From NCBI RefSeq assembly GCF_006345805.1, contig NC_043011.1, positions 7,068,001 through 7,132,000 of the forward strand: DNA of 64,000 bases, read 5' to 3'. The notes beneath the pieces are model-generated. The model worked only from the letters and a program-made list of their open reading frames with translations, searched no databases and was not told the DNA's origin. This DNA comes from Octopus sinensis. Lineage: Eukaryota. This document shows positions 12,186 to 25,753 of the stretch, piece by piece. How positions within the stretch are numbered: the stretch's first letter is position 1; every line of letters starts with the position of its first letter. A program made the position numbers and the translations under genes.

Positions 12186-13562
12186 TTATTATTATATATA
12201 TATATACTACCACACAAACATGATTTTTATTGAACTCAAAATACTTATTGCATTCCCTTTCTTAAACACTTTCATGTAAACTGTTTTTAACATTTTCTTA
12301 TTATTATCAAAGACTGTGTAACTGTACTTTAATTCAACTATGATAACCATTATTTAACACAACAAAGCCTATACAAAGCTTTACATTTTACTTTTGATGA
12401 TCATTTTTTAAAAAAGTGAAACCGGTCGAGTTAATAAACATCTTTAAAAGACCTTTGCATTTTCAAACTTTCTTCCATATATATTTTCACTTGTATGGTA
12501 GCTTACAACTTTAGTTTGTTTTATATATATATATATATATAAATGTATGTATAAACATAGAGAGAGATTAGTCACACTGTTAACAGTAAGATATGAATAT
12601 AGTGTGGTCTGTGCCTCAGAACCCGTTATGAAACATCTCTTGTAGATGCCAGCTGCACCACATGACGGAATGAACCCAGTACAACATGGCTGAAAGGTGA
12701 ACATCTTAACCACATGACCATGCCTACACACACACACACACACACGTGAGAAAGTTAAAACACAGTATATTTTATTTAACGATTTTCAGTCCGTTTCCTG
12801 TCTCACATTGTTGTAATTATTACAACAATAAATAATAATTATTTTATATTTAAATATTCTTTTCTTTTTCTTTCAAAAAATATTGATTACAAACACATTT
12901 TTTATGCCTCAGGCAAAGAAGCATCATTTAATGTGGTGTGTGTGTGTGACAGTGTGAGTATGTACATTTGTGTGAGACTGTGTATAAAGTGTGTGTGTAT
13001 ATGAGGTTCTTTGTGTGCGTTTCTCATTGAGACCACTTGAGGTTTCTTTCAGAAAATAAACCAACTTGAATAATTCAAGTCTTTGGACAAAATTAATCTA
13101 AACAAACATTATTTCTGAAGAATAAAAATTATGGAGACAAGACAAAAAACCTCTCTTCCTAAAAACATGTAACACCATTTTCACGCTTATGCACACATAC
13201 GAACACCCATCTCAATATATATAGAGGCAACTATATATATATCCAGATATACATTCCACAATATGTGCATGTGTATATATATATATATATTTTTTTTTTT
13301 CTTTGTTGCCCACAAGGGACTAAACACAGAGGGGGACAAACAAGGACAGACAAACGGATTAAGCCGATTACATCAACCTCAGTGCGTAACTGGTACTTAT
13401 TTCATCGACCCTGAAAGGGTGAAAGGCAAAGACGACCTCGGCAGAATTTGAACTCACAACGTAATGGCAGATGACATATGGCTACGCATTTCGCCCGGCG
13501 TGCTAACGCTTCAGCCAGCTCGCGCCTTATATGTGTATATATATATATATATATGTGTGTGT

Positions 13563-15000
13563 GTGGACAGCAGTATGGTAGATAAGGCCATGGAAACCGG
13601 GAAAGCCGTTGGTCCCACGGCTGTGATGCTCCAAGTATCCAGTAAGATAAAGTACAGGCTAATCACCCACATAATTAATCACATCATTCAGGAAGGTGTA
13701 ATACCCAATGACTGGCATAGCAGCATTATTGTTAGTTGCTACAAGGGTTAAGGGTACTGCTTTAGGGAGAAGCAATTATCAAACTTCTAGACTCAGTGAT
13801 GAAAATTAGAGAGAGAGAGTTATTGCCCAATTAATTAACAGCAGAATTAGTCAAGATGGGAAGAAGCACAAAGCTTTGAATAAACCATTTCGGTTGGCAT
13901 TTGTAGATCTAGAGAAAGCTGCTGATAGAGTGCCCCGCCATTGTGATATGGTGGGCATTGAGGTGGCTAGGGAAAGCTGTACAGGTCATGTATAAAGATA
14001 TTGTCTGTAAGGTGAGAGTCAACCACAAGTAGAGCAAAGAATTTGGTATACAGGTACTGGTTCATCAAAGCATAGTCCTCAGTCCCCTCCTTTTCATCAT
14101 TGTCCTCCAAGCCATAATAGAGGAAGTCAAGACCAGCAGACCCCAGCATTTTGCCATCTTGGCAGATTCCATATCAGAGCAAAACCTAGAATCTAAAGGC
14201 CTTAAGGTTAACTTAGCAAAGACTAAGGTCCTAATAAGCAAGAAAACTGATATGACCCTACATTCTTCAGGTAGATGGCCCTGTTCAATTTGTAGGAAAG
14301 GTGTAGACAAGAACTCTATATGGTGTACCCAGTGTAAGCTATAGACACCCAAGAGGTGCACTAGCTTAATAGGAAGGTTACCAGAGAAGGTGATATGTGA
14401 AAGATGCAGAGGATCCATAGAAACTAGAGACTCGGGGAAATTAATTCTCTCAAATTTCTGCTACCAAGGGGACCAAATTAGAAGAGGGGGAGGGTGCATG
14501 GTAGCTAGACTATAAGAATAGGATGGAGGAAATTGAGAGAGCTTTTTTACCTCTGTTGGCTACGAAAGGTTCACTCACTGAGTGAAAGGAGGATTGTATA
14601 ATGCCTGTATACAGAGAGCAATTCTACATGGTAGTAAGATGTGGCCCCCGAATGCAGGGGACATGTGGAGGGTAGAGAAGAACGAAGCTAGTATAATCCA
14701 GTGGATGTGTAATTCAAGTGTACATGTTCGACAGTGTTGGTGTATTGAGAGAGAAGTTTGGCATTAAGAGGAATTGGTTGCTGTGTACAAGAGTGAAGAT
14801 GGCACTGGTTTGGTCATGTGATGTGGATGGATGCTGACAGACAGTTCCATAAAGAGGTGCCAATAGGAAGACATGGAACAAAGTGTAGAAGAATAACCTG
14901 AGGATGCCGAAACTTTCAGGTGAGATGACAAAGGACCGAGACACCTGGCGCCTTGCTGTACTCAAGAAGACCGATACTCTGCATGGGAGGTGTTAGACTG
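13563..15000 (+). mobile_element. Degenerate RTE-type LINE, RT to 3' end
   Basis: KAMETGKAVGP, IPNDWHSSIIVSCYKG, KGLKVNLAKTK, Cys-rich WPCSICRKGV..NSIWCTQC, all in broken frames. Confidence 0.85.
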
Positions 15001-15988
15001 GTTCACCCTGACCCAGTGGTGAGTATTGACCTGCAAGTAGTCTTTGCTGGTGCCACATAAAAGTAGCCCTTCAGTGCCATGTAAAAGCATCCAGTCCACA
15101 CTCTGCAACTTGGTTGGTGTTAGAAAGGGCATCCAGCCATAGAGACCAGGCCAAATCAGACATGGAGTCTGGTGCAGCCCCCACCAGCTTGCCAGCTCTG
15201 GTCAAACCATCCAACCCATGCCAGTATGGACAATGGACGTTAAATGATGGTACATGTATATATTTCATTATTGCCCACAAGGGGCTAAACATAGAGGGGA
15301 CAAACAAGGACAGACAAATAGATTAAGTCGATTACATCGACCCTAGTGCGTAACTTGTACTTAATTTATCGACCCCGAAAGGATGAAAGGCAAAGTCGAC
15401 CTCGACGGAATTTGAACCCAGAATGTAAGGACAGACAAAATACTGCTAAGCATTTTGCCCAGCGTGCTAACGATTCTGCCAACTCACCGCCTTGTATGTA
15501 TATATATATATTTTTATCCAAGGGGAGGCAATGTGAGCAACAACCACAGGAACATTACAAAATCCACAGAAAGATCAAACACATACAAATATTCATATAT
15601 TCATTCATATCTATAAAGCCCGACATTTAAAAATTTAGTAATATATAAATAAATATATCATATAAAAATATAAATTTTGCATATAACACCTTGAATTTAT
15701 GCTTAAAACATTTAGTATAAATTTGTTACAATAAAAGAAATAAAAATAATAAATAAAATATAAAGCATACAATGACATAATAAAAGACGAATTAAAATTC
15801 TAGAGAAATGTACATAGAAGATAATAATTATACAAGTTTACAAAGATACATAGAAGTCCATCTACGGGCCGTTTCGGAGACGCGCCAATTAATATGAGAC
15901 ATATATTTAAAATTGACACATTTATAGTAAATGTTTTAAGTGTAAATTCAAGGTGTTATATACAAAATTTATATTTTTATATGATATA

Positions 15989-17150
15989 CTAGCTTAAGGT
16001 GACCCACTCTACGCACGGGTAAGAGTGTTGTTGTTACTTCCTGTTGCTTCCTTTCAGCACGTAAAAAGCACCATCTGAACGTGGCCGATTGCAGCGCCAC
16101 CATGACTGTCTTCTGTGCCGGTGGCATGTAAAACGCACCAACTGATCGTGGCCACTGCCAGCCCCGCCATCACCTGTGCCGGCGGCACGATAAAAGCACC
16201 CACTACAATCACAGAGTGGTTGGCATTAGGAAGGGCATCCAGCTGTAGAAACACTACCAGATCAGACTGGAGCCTGGTGCAGCCTCCTGGCTTCCCAGAC
16301 CCCGGTCAAACTGTCCAACCCGTGCTAGCATGGAAAAGGGACGTTAAATGATGATGATGATAATGATTCTCCCTCTTTGTTTCTCTCTCACTTTCCCACT
16401 CTCTTACTTTTCTTTTCTCTCGGACTCTCCCTCGCTTTCTCTTACTCTCTATCTTTATCTATCTCTCTCCCATTTATAAACAACAGAAGATCTTGAGTAA
16501 GTTGAGAAATAAAATATTTAGAAAGATCAATCATAAATATCAGGCAGTGGCAACGGAAAGGTCTGCTTCAAGGCAAACAGCAAAAGGGACAGACGAACTT
16601 GCGAGCTGAATAAAAATAATAAAATATTGGAAACCAAAGTTTGAAGGGATAGAATGTGAGGATAGTAGAGTCACCATGGCTGGCATTTCTTAACGACGGA
16701 CAGCAACGTATTGACAGTTTTACGGCTGGCGTAAAATTTTGAACTTGATGTAAAAGAAAATTCCTAAACACCAAGTTTTGAAGTGATTCTTTCTCACGAC
16801 AGTAGACTCACCATGGCAAGCATTCAAAACTTCTTCATCATGGACAGCAACACATTGACGATTAAAAGGCTGGCGCAAATTTTTTAGCTTGATGTAACAG
16901 AGAATTCGTAAATACCCGCTCCTTTAAATTTTAATCCCCTTCCAGCCCCATTTAGACCCCTTTTCACATTTTGGTTAATATAACCCAATTTCATTCGGGT
17001 CTACTGGGGCCACATTTTATAAGATGAGGAATTTTGTCCTAGAGGTGACGCCTTTCATTTGAGGAAAAGAATAGTTGTCATGCAAACTTGCCAGCACTTT
17101 TAACATAGGTGTGCATATTTTCAGCTCAACCGACCACATAATGCACACAT
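15989..17150 (-). mobile_element. Helitron-like element with internal ~130-bp tandem repeat and a nested SINE
   Basis: Minus-strand hairpin acccg..tgggt followed by CTAG at 15989-15992. Two diverged units at about 16660-16790 and 16795-16915. Confidence 0.5.
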
Positions 17151-17759
17151 TATATATATATATATGTATATATATGTGTGTGTGTGCACGCATTATATAT
17201 ACAAATCTATACAACTTATATATATATATGTATAAATTAAATTAGAGATAAAACCACTAATAGGCAAATCAAACAGTGAAAAACATAAACCAAAACATAA
17301 AAATTAAAATATAATATAGAAAATATAAAATTGAAAAATTTAAATTATTTAAATTTAAAATAAAAATTATTAATTTATATTTATAATTTTTTTTAAAATA
17401 TATATAACTATCAAAAAGTATTAAAAAGTTTACTATACATAAATACAGATATATACACTTTGTATATATACATTATATATATATATATTTATATATAGAA
17501 CACACACACATATATAAATTAACCCAATAAATATCTGATTCATAATATTTGTTCTTATGATTGTGTGGTGGTGGTGGCGATGATAATTCTGTCTATGAAT
17601 GCAGACAGACGTAGAGAGAGAGAGAGTGTGGAAGGCGGGGAGGGGGAGATATAGAACGACGTTTGAGGACGTTATAAAGAGAAAGTGAAGGGGAGTTAGA
17701 CGCTGTTAGACAACGTTATATATAGAATGTGATGGGAAGGGAGGAAAGAGAGTGAGTGA

Positions 17760-18490
17760 CGGAGGAAGACAGATGCATAAAAGAATGAGAGTAGACTTGT
17801 GAAAGTGAGTTTTTGGCCCTAGCAACAACACCTTTTAAGATGGGGATTTCTAACCTAGCCCTAAATTTTTTAATGTCGGGCTTTATAGATATGAATGAAT
17901 ATATGAATGTTTGTATGTGTTTGATCTTTCTGTGGGTTTTGTGATGTTCCTGTGGTTGTTGCTCGCATTGCCTCCCCTCAGATGAAAAAAAGTGTATACA
18001 ACTCATTAGAGCACTACTATTTCCAGTCCGTTGTATATCTTGAGCATTGTTGTCACCCAAGATATAACTTTATATTTTGTAATATATATAATCAGAAATA
18101 TTAAATTTCTAAATATCTCATAGAGATATGTACGGTGGTGGGGCGATAGAGTGGTTGTATACTGTCAACTTAACGTGAAGGTAGAGGATTACACCACCGC
18201 TGTTTAGCCCTAGGAAGCATCGACGCTTCCTGTCAGCTTCGACACATTTACTGTATCCTTATATATATTTACGAAGGGGAGACAAATACGCCCAACAGCT
18301 AGGCCTGCATCTAGAGACACGCATGTTTCAGGGTCTTTGCCCATCATCGGTCTAGAGTAGCAGAAGCCTGCCAGCTGAAGATATCTGTCTCTATTTTGTA
18401 AATATATATATCTAATTTTCAGTGAGGTATATTCACTGATCACCAAAATCAGAAATATTAAATTTCTAAATATCTCATAGAGATATGTAC
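17760..18490 (-). mobile_element. Penelope-like remnant with partial tandem pseudo-LTR
   Basis: Identical 44-bp direct repeats at 18090-18133 and 18447-18490 bracket a hammerhead motif. The adjacent segment recurs inverted at about 15530-15640. Confidence 0.5.
18310..18356 (-). ncRNA. Hammerhead-like motif, U4C variant core
   Basis: UCUAGA-CCGAUGA-UGGG CAAAGA CCCU-GAAACA-UGCG-UGUC-UCUAGA. 6-bp stem I, 3-bp stem III, GUC site. Confidence 0.6.
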
Positions 18491-19559
18491 ATATATACTC
18501 TTTTACTTGTTTCAGTCATTTGACTGTGGCCATGCTGGAGCACCGCCTTTAGTTGAGCAAATCGACCCCGGTGCTTATTCTTTGTAAGCCCAGTACTTAT
18601 TCTATCAGTCTCTTTTGCCGAACTGCTAAGTTACAAGGACATAAAGACACCAGCATCGGTTGTCAAGCAATGCTAGGGGTCAAACACAGACACACAAACA
18701 CACACATACATATATATGACAGGCTTCTTTCAGTTTCCGTCTATCAAATCCACTCACAAGGCATTGGTCGGCCCGGGGCTATAGCAGAAGACACTTGCCC
18801 AAGGTGCCACGCAGTGGGACTGAACCCGGAACCATGTGGTTGGTTAGCAAGCTACTTACCACACAGCCACTCCTGTGAAATATATATATATATTTCACGA
18901 CCAAACCAGTGTAGTTTCGTCTCTTGCACATAATTCCTCTGAAGCGAAGTGTCTTGCTCAAAGACACAATATTCCACCAAGACAAGGAATGGCACTCATG
19001 ACATTATGATCACAAACCTAACATCTTAACTGTGAGTTCCTGCGCCACCATAGTTGACAATACATTGAGGTTAGTAATTCGTTAATTAATGGAACGAGAA
19101 ACAATTGGGAGCTGCTGTTCGGATGCTGACACGTATGACCACGGGCACGGCTAGCTGGACAGTCAGCCTGTTTTGGTGCTGGAGGCAAAATACAAATCTA
19201 TGTCATCATCATAGTTTAATGTCCACTTTCCATGCTGGCATGGATGGGTAGGATGGTTTGACTGAGGACTGGCAAGCCAGGAGGCTGCACAAGGCTCCAA
19301 TCTGATCGGACAAGGTTCCTACAGCTGGATGCCCTTCCTAATGCCAACCACTCTGAGAATGCAGTGGATGCTCTTTACATTCTATCAGCACAGGGGCGAG
19401 TCAGGTGGTACTGGCATCAACCACGCTTGAATAGTGCTTTTTACGTGCTACAAGCAGAGGACCAGTCAGGCAGCACTGACATCAACCACACTTGTATGGT
19501 GCTTTTTACGTGCCAGTCGGGCAGTACTGGCATCTGCCACAATAAAGATTTCACTTGAC

Positions 19560-20500
19560 TCAACAGGTCTTCTCAAGCACAGTATATTGCCCAATGATTG
19601 AAGGGTATTCTTAAATGGACCGGTTATGTGACACTGGCATCAGCCATGGCTATGATCTTACTTGACTTCCCAGGTCTTCTCAAGCACAGCATATTTCCAA
19701 AGGTCTCAATCATTTGTCATTGCCTCAGTGAAGCCCAACGTTCAAAAGTTGTGCTTCACCACCTCATCCCAGGTCTTCCTGGGATACCTCTTCCACAGGT
19801 TCCCCCCACTGTTAGAGCATGGCACTTCTTCACACAGCTGTCCTCATCCATATGAAACACATGACCATACCAGCACAGTCGTCTCTCTTGCACACCACAT
19901 CTGATGCTTCTTATGTCCAACTTTCCTCTCAGGGTTCTTACACTCTGTTGTATATGCACACTGACATTACACATCCAGTGGAGCATACAAGCTTTATTTT
20001 TTGCAAGCTTACACATGTCTTCAGCAGTCACAGCCCATGTTTCACTGCCATGTAGCATGGCTGTTCACACACAATGCCTCATACAGACTACATTTCACTC
20101 TGAGCAAGAGGCCCTTTGTTACCAGCAGAGATCAGAGCTCTTTGAACTTTGCTCAGATTATTCTTATTCTAGCAGTTATGCTCTCAGAGCATCGACCCCT
20201 ACTGCTGACTTGGTCACCTAGGTAACAGAAGCTATCAACTACTTCTAGTTTTCCCCCTGGCATGTGATGGAAGCTATTCTCTGCATATTTTCAGGGTTTA
20301 TTGCCCCTGTGCATCTGCCACACACAAAAACTATCTTCCCAGTTAACCTTCCTTTGATATTGCTGCACCTCTTATGTGTCCATAGGTTACACTGGGTACA
20401 TCTTATGGAGTTTCTACCTACGCCTGTTCTACAGATCAAGCAGGGCCATCTACCTGAAGGGATTTCTGATCTGTCTGCCTTCCTACTTACTATGACTTAA
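19560..20500 (-). mobile_element. RTE-type LINE 3' fragment
   Basis: CRTGVGRNSIRCTQCNLWTHKRC, MLHGSETW, RRLCWYGHV, CGRGIP. Confidence 0.85.
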
Positions 20501-20927
20501 ACATACAGATAAAAAGATTGGGAGACAGAGAGAATCATATTCATCATCATCATCTCATGTCCATTTTCTATGCTGGCATGGGTTGGACAGTTTGACAGGT
20601 GCTTGTAAGGGCCAGGAGCCACACCGGGTTCCCTTGTCTGTTTCCACAGCTGGATGCCTTTCCCGATGCCAACCTCTTTACAGAGTGGCACTGGGTACTT
20701 TTTCTGTGGCACCAGGACTTTTTACATGGCACAGAAATAACACGAACCCTTTCCCTCTCCTTATACACGCAGAAAAATACATCAATGCTTAAAAAGAAGG
20801 AGAGTGAGAGAGAAGAAAGGAATGAAAGAAACATTAAAATGTTGAATGCCAAATAAATCAGCATCAAATAAATGATGCCAAATAGGCAGTGGCGCCAAAA
20901 CATCTCATGTGTTAATTAATGACTTAC

Positions 20928-20992
20928 CTGTTCAGGTAATCAGTCTGTATCCTTGAAGATTCTATTGACAAACACTGTCTACGTTTTGCAGC
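20928..20992 (-). CDS. CFAP69: CFAP69 exon, AAKRRQCLSIESSRIQTDYLN(S)
   Basis: ttccag / gtaagt, phase 0 to 2. Resembles recalled KAKxLQxxAIEASR. Confidence 0.8.
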
Positions 20993-21256
20993 CTGGAAAA
21001 AAGAATTTATTTGCTGAATATCTCGACATTTACAAAAAAATGATTTCATCTTTTAAAATATTTCAAGCATAATTTCTTTCTCCTCCAAGTATTTTAAAAC
21101 AGCCACTTTTTTTTTTTTTTTTTTTTACATCTTAACATCTGCACAGTTCACTTGAATAATCTTGCCATTTTAGGGTATTGCTACACAATGTGTTGGAACA
21201 GGAGTCTATGCTTGTTTATGCGGAGGTGTGTGTATGTGTGTTTATATGTCTGTATA

Positions 21257-21651
21257 TACTCTTTTACATGTTTCAGTCATTTGACTGTGGCCATGCTGGA
21301 GCACCGCCTTTAGTCGAGCAAATCGACCCCGGGACTTATTCTTTTGTAAGCCCAGTACTTATTCTATCGGTCTCTTTTTGCCAAACCGCTAAGTGACGGG
21401 GACGTGAACACACTAGCATCGGTTGTCAAGCAATGCTAGGGGTACAAACACAGACACACAAACACATACATACATATACATATATACATATATACGACAG
21501 GCTTCTTTCAGTTTCCGTCTACCAAATCCACTCACAAGGCATTGGTCGGCCCGGGGCTATAGCAGAAGACACTTGCCCAAGATGCCATGCAGTGGGACTG
21601 AACCCGGAACCATGTGGTTGGTTAGCAAGCTACTTACCACACAGCCACTCC
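21257..21651 (-). mobile_element. SINE family 1
   Basis: Colinear with 5609-6010. Confidence 0.85.
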
Positions 21652-21735
21652 GTCATTTCAAGAAGAACCGAAACATGTAAAATTTCTAAGAAAATTAAAA
21701 TTTATCTTATATAGTGGCGTTTTCAAACTTCTTTT

Positions 21736-21784
<49 letters not shown>

Positions 21785-22361
21785 CAGAGTAAGCACATAA
21801 ATGTGAAACAAGGTGCAAAAAATAGTACTCGAATACCAGAGGTAGAGTAATATGCTTTATTTAAAAGCAGCAGAAATATCACAAAAACTGTTACTCAGAG
21901 TTTCATGTTCCCATTTGGCAGACAGTTTTGTTTAGAATGGAACAAAAATAAGGTTATAAGCAAAAGTATACAATTGACTTGGGGAACGTGAAACTCTGAG
22001 TAACAGATTTTGCGATATCTTTGCTGCTTTTTAATAAAGTATGTGTGTGTATATACACACACACACACACACTCACATCATGACTGACTTAGGACTAGAA
22101 ACAACAACAGAGATAATAACTGAATAAAGAATCTTATAAATAGTTGCATAATCTGCTAGAAATAGCAGCCAAATCTGCCTTTGATCACACTATTTTGAAA
22201 TCTGGGCACATTGGATAATGTAGTTGTAGACAGCATGACTGGAATACCATTGATCATGAGTCTGTCTTTTGGATCAGGATTGACCTGGGGTTAAACAACA
22301 TTACTAGTGCCATCATTAACCAATATCATCCAAACATCTAAAGACTGCATACGTGACTTAC

Positions 22362-22448
22362 CTGAAGTAACGAATATTGTGATGTTCTTGACACAAACTG
22401 GACCCAGAGGTTATCCTCCATTTCTTTTTGTTCATAATTCTTTCTCAT
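22362..22448 (-). CDS. CFAP69: CFAP69 exon copy B (identical to 23405-23491)
   Basis: Same sequence and splice sites, offset 1043 bp. One of the two copies may be an assembly artefact. Confidence 0.7.
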
Positions 22449-22771
22449 CTGAAATACAAATACATATAGTGTTGAAACCACAATGACTTCCAAAGGAACA
22501 GCTGATGATGGGGTGCCTTCGTTTGTTCAGATTACTCTTAATTGTGTATATGTGGAGGCTTACACGTTTACAACACACTAGAATGGCCTACCAGTAAAAG
22601 CTCATTTCTCCAACCTGATTATTTACTTACCTGTATTTGGAAAGACTTATTCTTTGTAAGCCCAGTACTTATTCTATCGGTCTCTTTTTGCCAAACCGCT
22701 AAGTGACGGGGACGTAAACACACCAGCATCGGTTGTGAAGCAATGCTAGGGGGACAAACACAGACACACAA

Positions 22772-22827
<56 letters not shown>

Positions 22828-23404
22828 CAGAGTAAGCACATAAATGTGAAACAAGGTGCAAAAAATAGTACTCGAATACCAGAGGTAGAGTAATATGCTT
22901 TATTTAAAAGCAGCAGAAATATCACAAAAACTGTTACTCAGAGTTTCATGTTCCCATTTGGCAGACAGTTTTGTTTAGAATGGAACAAAAATAAGGTTAT
23001 AAGCAAAAGTATACAATTGACTTGGGGAACGTGAAACTCTGAGTAACAGATTTTGCGATATCTTTGCTGCTTTTTAATAAAGTATGTGTGTGTATATACA
23101 CACACACACACACACTCACATCATGACTGACTTAGGACTAGAAACAACAACAGAGATAATAACTGAATAAAGAATCTTATAAATAGTTGCATAATCTGCT
23201 AGAAATAGCAGCCAAATCTGCCTTTGATCACACTATTTTGAAATCTGGGCACATTGGATAATGTAGTTGTAGACAGCATGACTGGAATACCATTGATCAT
23301 GAGTCTGTCTTTTGGATCAGGATTGACCTGGGGTTAAACAACATTACTAGTGCCATCATTAACCAATATCATCCAAACATCTAAAGACTGCATACGTGAC
23401 TTAC

Positions 23405-23491
23405 CTGAAGTAACGAATATTGTGATGTTCTTGACACAAACTGGACCCAGAGGTTATCCTCCATTTCTTTTTGTTCATAATTCTTTCTCAT
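23405..23491 (-). CDS. CFAP69: CFAP69 exon copy A, MRKNYEQKEMEDNLWVQFVSRTSQYSLLQ
   Basis: tttcag / gtaagt, 87 nt, phase 0 to 0. WxxFxxRTS motif. Duplicated at 22362-22448. Confidence 0.8.
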
Positions 23492-23814
23492 CTGAAATAC
23501 AAATACATATAGTGTTGAAACCACAATGACTTCCAAAGGAACAGCTGATGATGGGGTGCCTTCGTTTGTTCAGATTACTCTTAATTGTGTATATGTGGAG
23601 GCTTACACGTTTACAACACACTAGAATGGCCTACCAGTAAAAGCTCATTTCTCCAACCTGATTATTTACTTACCTGTATTTGGAAAGACTTATTCTTTGT
23701 AAGCCCAGTACTTATTCTATCGGTCTCTTTTTGCCAAACCGCTAAGTGACGGGGACGTAAACACACCAGCATCGGTTGTGAAGCAATGCTAGGGGGACAA
23801 ACACAGACACACAA

Positions 23815-23845
<31 letters not shown>

Positions 23846-25155
23846 CATATATACAACGGGCTTCTTTCAGTTTCCGTCTACCAAATCCACTCACAAGGCT
23901 TTGGTCGGCCCGAGGCTATAGTAGAAGACACTTGCCCAAGATGCCACGCAGTGGGACTGAACCCGGAACCATGTGGTTGGTAAGCAAGCTACTTACCACA
24001 CAGCCACTCCTGCGTCTATATATACATATATATATGTAGGTATATACATATATGTATGTATATATGCATATATTTATATATTATTTATATTATTATACAC
24101 ACACACACACACACACTCTCTCTCTCTAGTGTGAAGATGCTATCTTTAAGATAGCATGTTTTACATTGGTTTGATATCATTATATCATATATTCCGATAG
24201 TGTATATCCATGAGTATACAAATGGGATGCATGTGGGAAGAATGCTGGCAAAATATGCCACATGAAGGAAGCTCAAACGTCAAAAGCGGAAAAGACAAAA
24301 CAGAGCTACAAGATGAAATGCAATTATGGTCAAAGAACAGGCATTTAGAAAACGATAAAAAATTACTCTTTTACTAGTTTCAAGACATTTGACTGTGGCC
24401 ATGCTGGAGCACCGCCTTTAGTTGAGCAAATCGACCCTAGGACTTATTCTTTGTAACCCTAGTACTTATTCTATCGGTCTCTTTTGCTGAACCGCTAAGT
24501 TATGGGGATGTAAACACACCAGCATCGGTTGTCAAGCAATGTTAGGGGGACAAACACAGACACACAAATGTATACACACACACACATATATATATACACA
24601 TACACGACAGGCTTCTTTCAGTTTCCGTCTACCAAATCCACTCACAAGGCTTTGGTCAGCCCGAGGCTATAGTACAAGATACTTGTCCAAGGTGCCGCGC
24701 AGTGGGACTGAACCCGGAACCATGTGGTTTGTAAGCAAGCTACTTACCACACAGCCACTCATCTAACCACCATAAATAAATTTTAGTATATATATATCTA
24801 TTTACACATACTATGGATGCATTTTTAATGTTGTTAGTATTCATCACTAAACACACTAAACACTATTTATGTTTAAGTGTAGTGAATGAGCCCATCTCAT
24901 TCACATTATTGTCACCCTTTTGATGCAAACTGAATGAAAGAAGTATATTATTTGTGTATATATAATATGCAGTTATGTAATTATATATTGTTACAAATAA
25001 AATGAGAGTGAAGTAAAGCAAGCTGACATGGAGATATATAATCTTAGTATTATTTATGTTGAAGCAATGGGCATACATACACAAATGTGCCCCACTGACT
25101 TTGTTTCCTCATAACTTCCAGAAAAAATTTTTTTTAATGAAATTTTTAACAAATA

Positions 25156-25550
25156 GGCGCAGGAGTGGCTGTGTAGTAAGTAGCTTGTTTACCAACCACA
25201 TGGTTCCAGGTTGAGTCCCACTGCGTGGCACCTTGGCCAAGTGTCTTCTACTATAGCCTCGGGCTGACCAAAGCCTTGTGAGTGGATTTGGTAGACGTAA
25301 ACTGAAAGAAGCCCGTCGTATATATGTATATATATAAATATGCGTGTTTGTGTGTCTGTGTTTGTCCCCCTAGCATTGCTTGACAACCGATGCTGGTGTG
25401 TTTACGTCCCCATCACTTAGCAGTTCGGCAAAGACCGATAGAATAAGTACTGGACTTATAAAAAGAATAAGTACCGGGGTCAAGTTGCTCGATTAAAGGC
25501 GGTGCTCCAGCATGGCCGCAGTCAAATGACTGAAACAAGTAAAAGAGTAA
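25156..25550 (+). mobile_element. SINE family 1, full length
   Basis: Colinear with 5609-6010. Confidence 0.85.
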
Positions 25551-25753
25551 ATACACTTCAGATGATGTAGATTCCAATTATATCAGAATTTGTAATGAGA
25601 AAAAAATATTTTTCAGGGGAAAGAGAGAGAGAGAGAGAGGGTGAGTGGGTGGTAAGTTCATAAGACTGTGATGGGAGAATGGGTTTTGTGTGTGTTTTTT
25701 TTTTCAAATAATATATAAAGTGAAGAAATTATTAGCCAAACTATATTCCTTAC

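Larger units (their letters stand above)
21760..23845. repeat. Tandem duplication, period 1043 bp, includes a CFAP69 exon
   Basis: Constant 1043-bp offset, no differences seen by eye. Ends lie in (TA)n(CA)n tracts. Confidence 0.9.
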
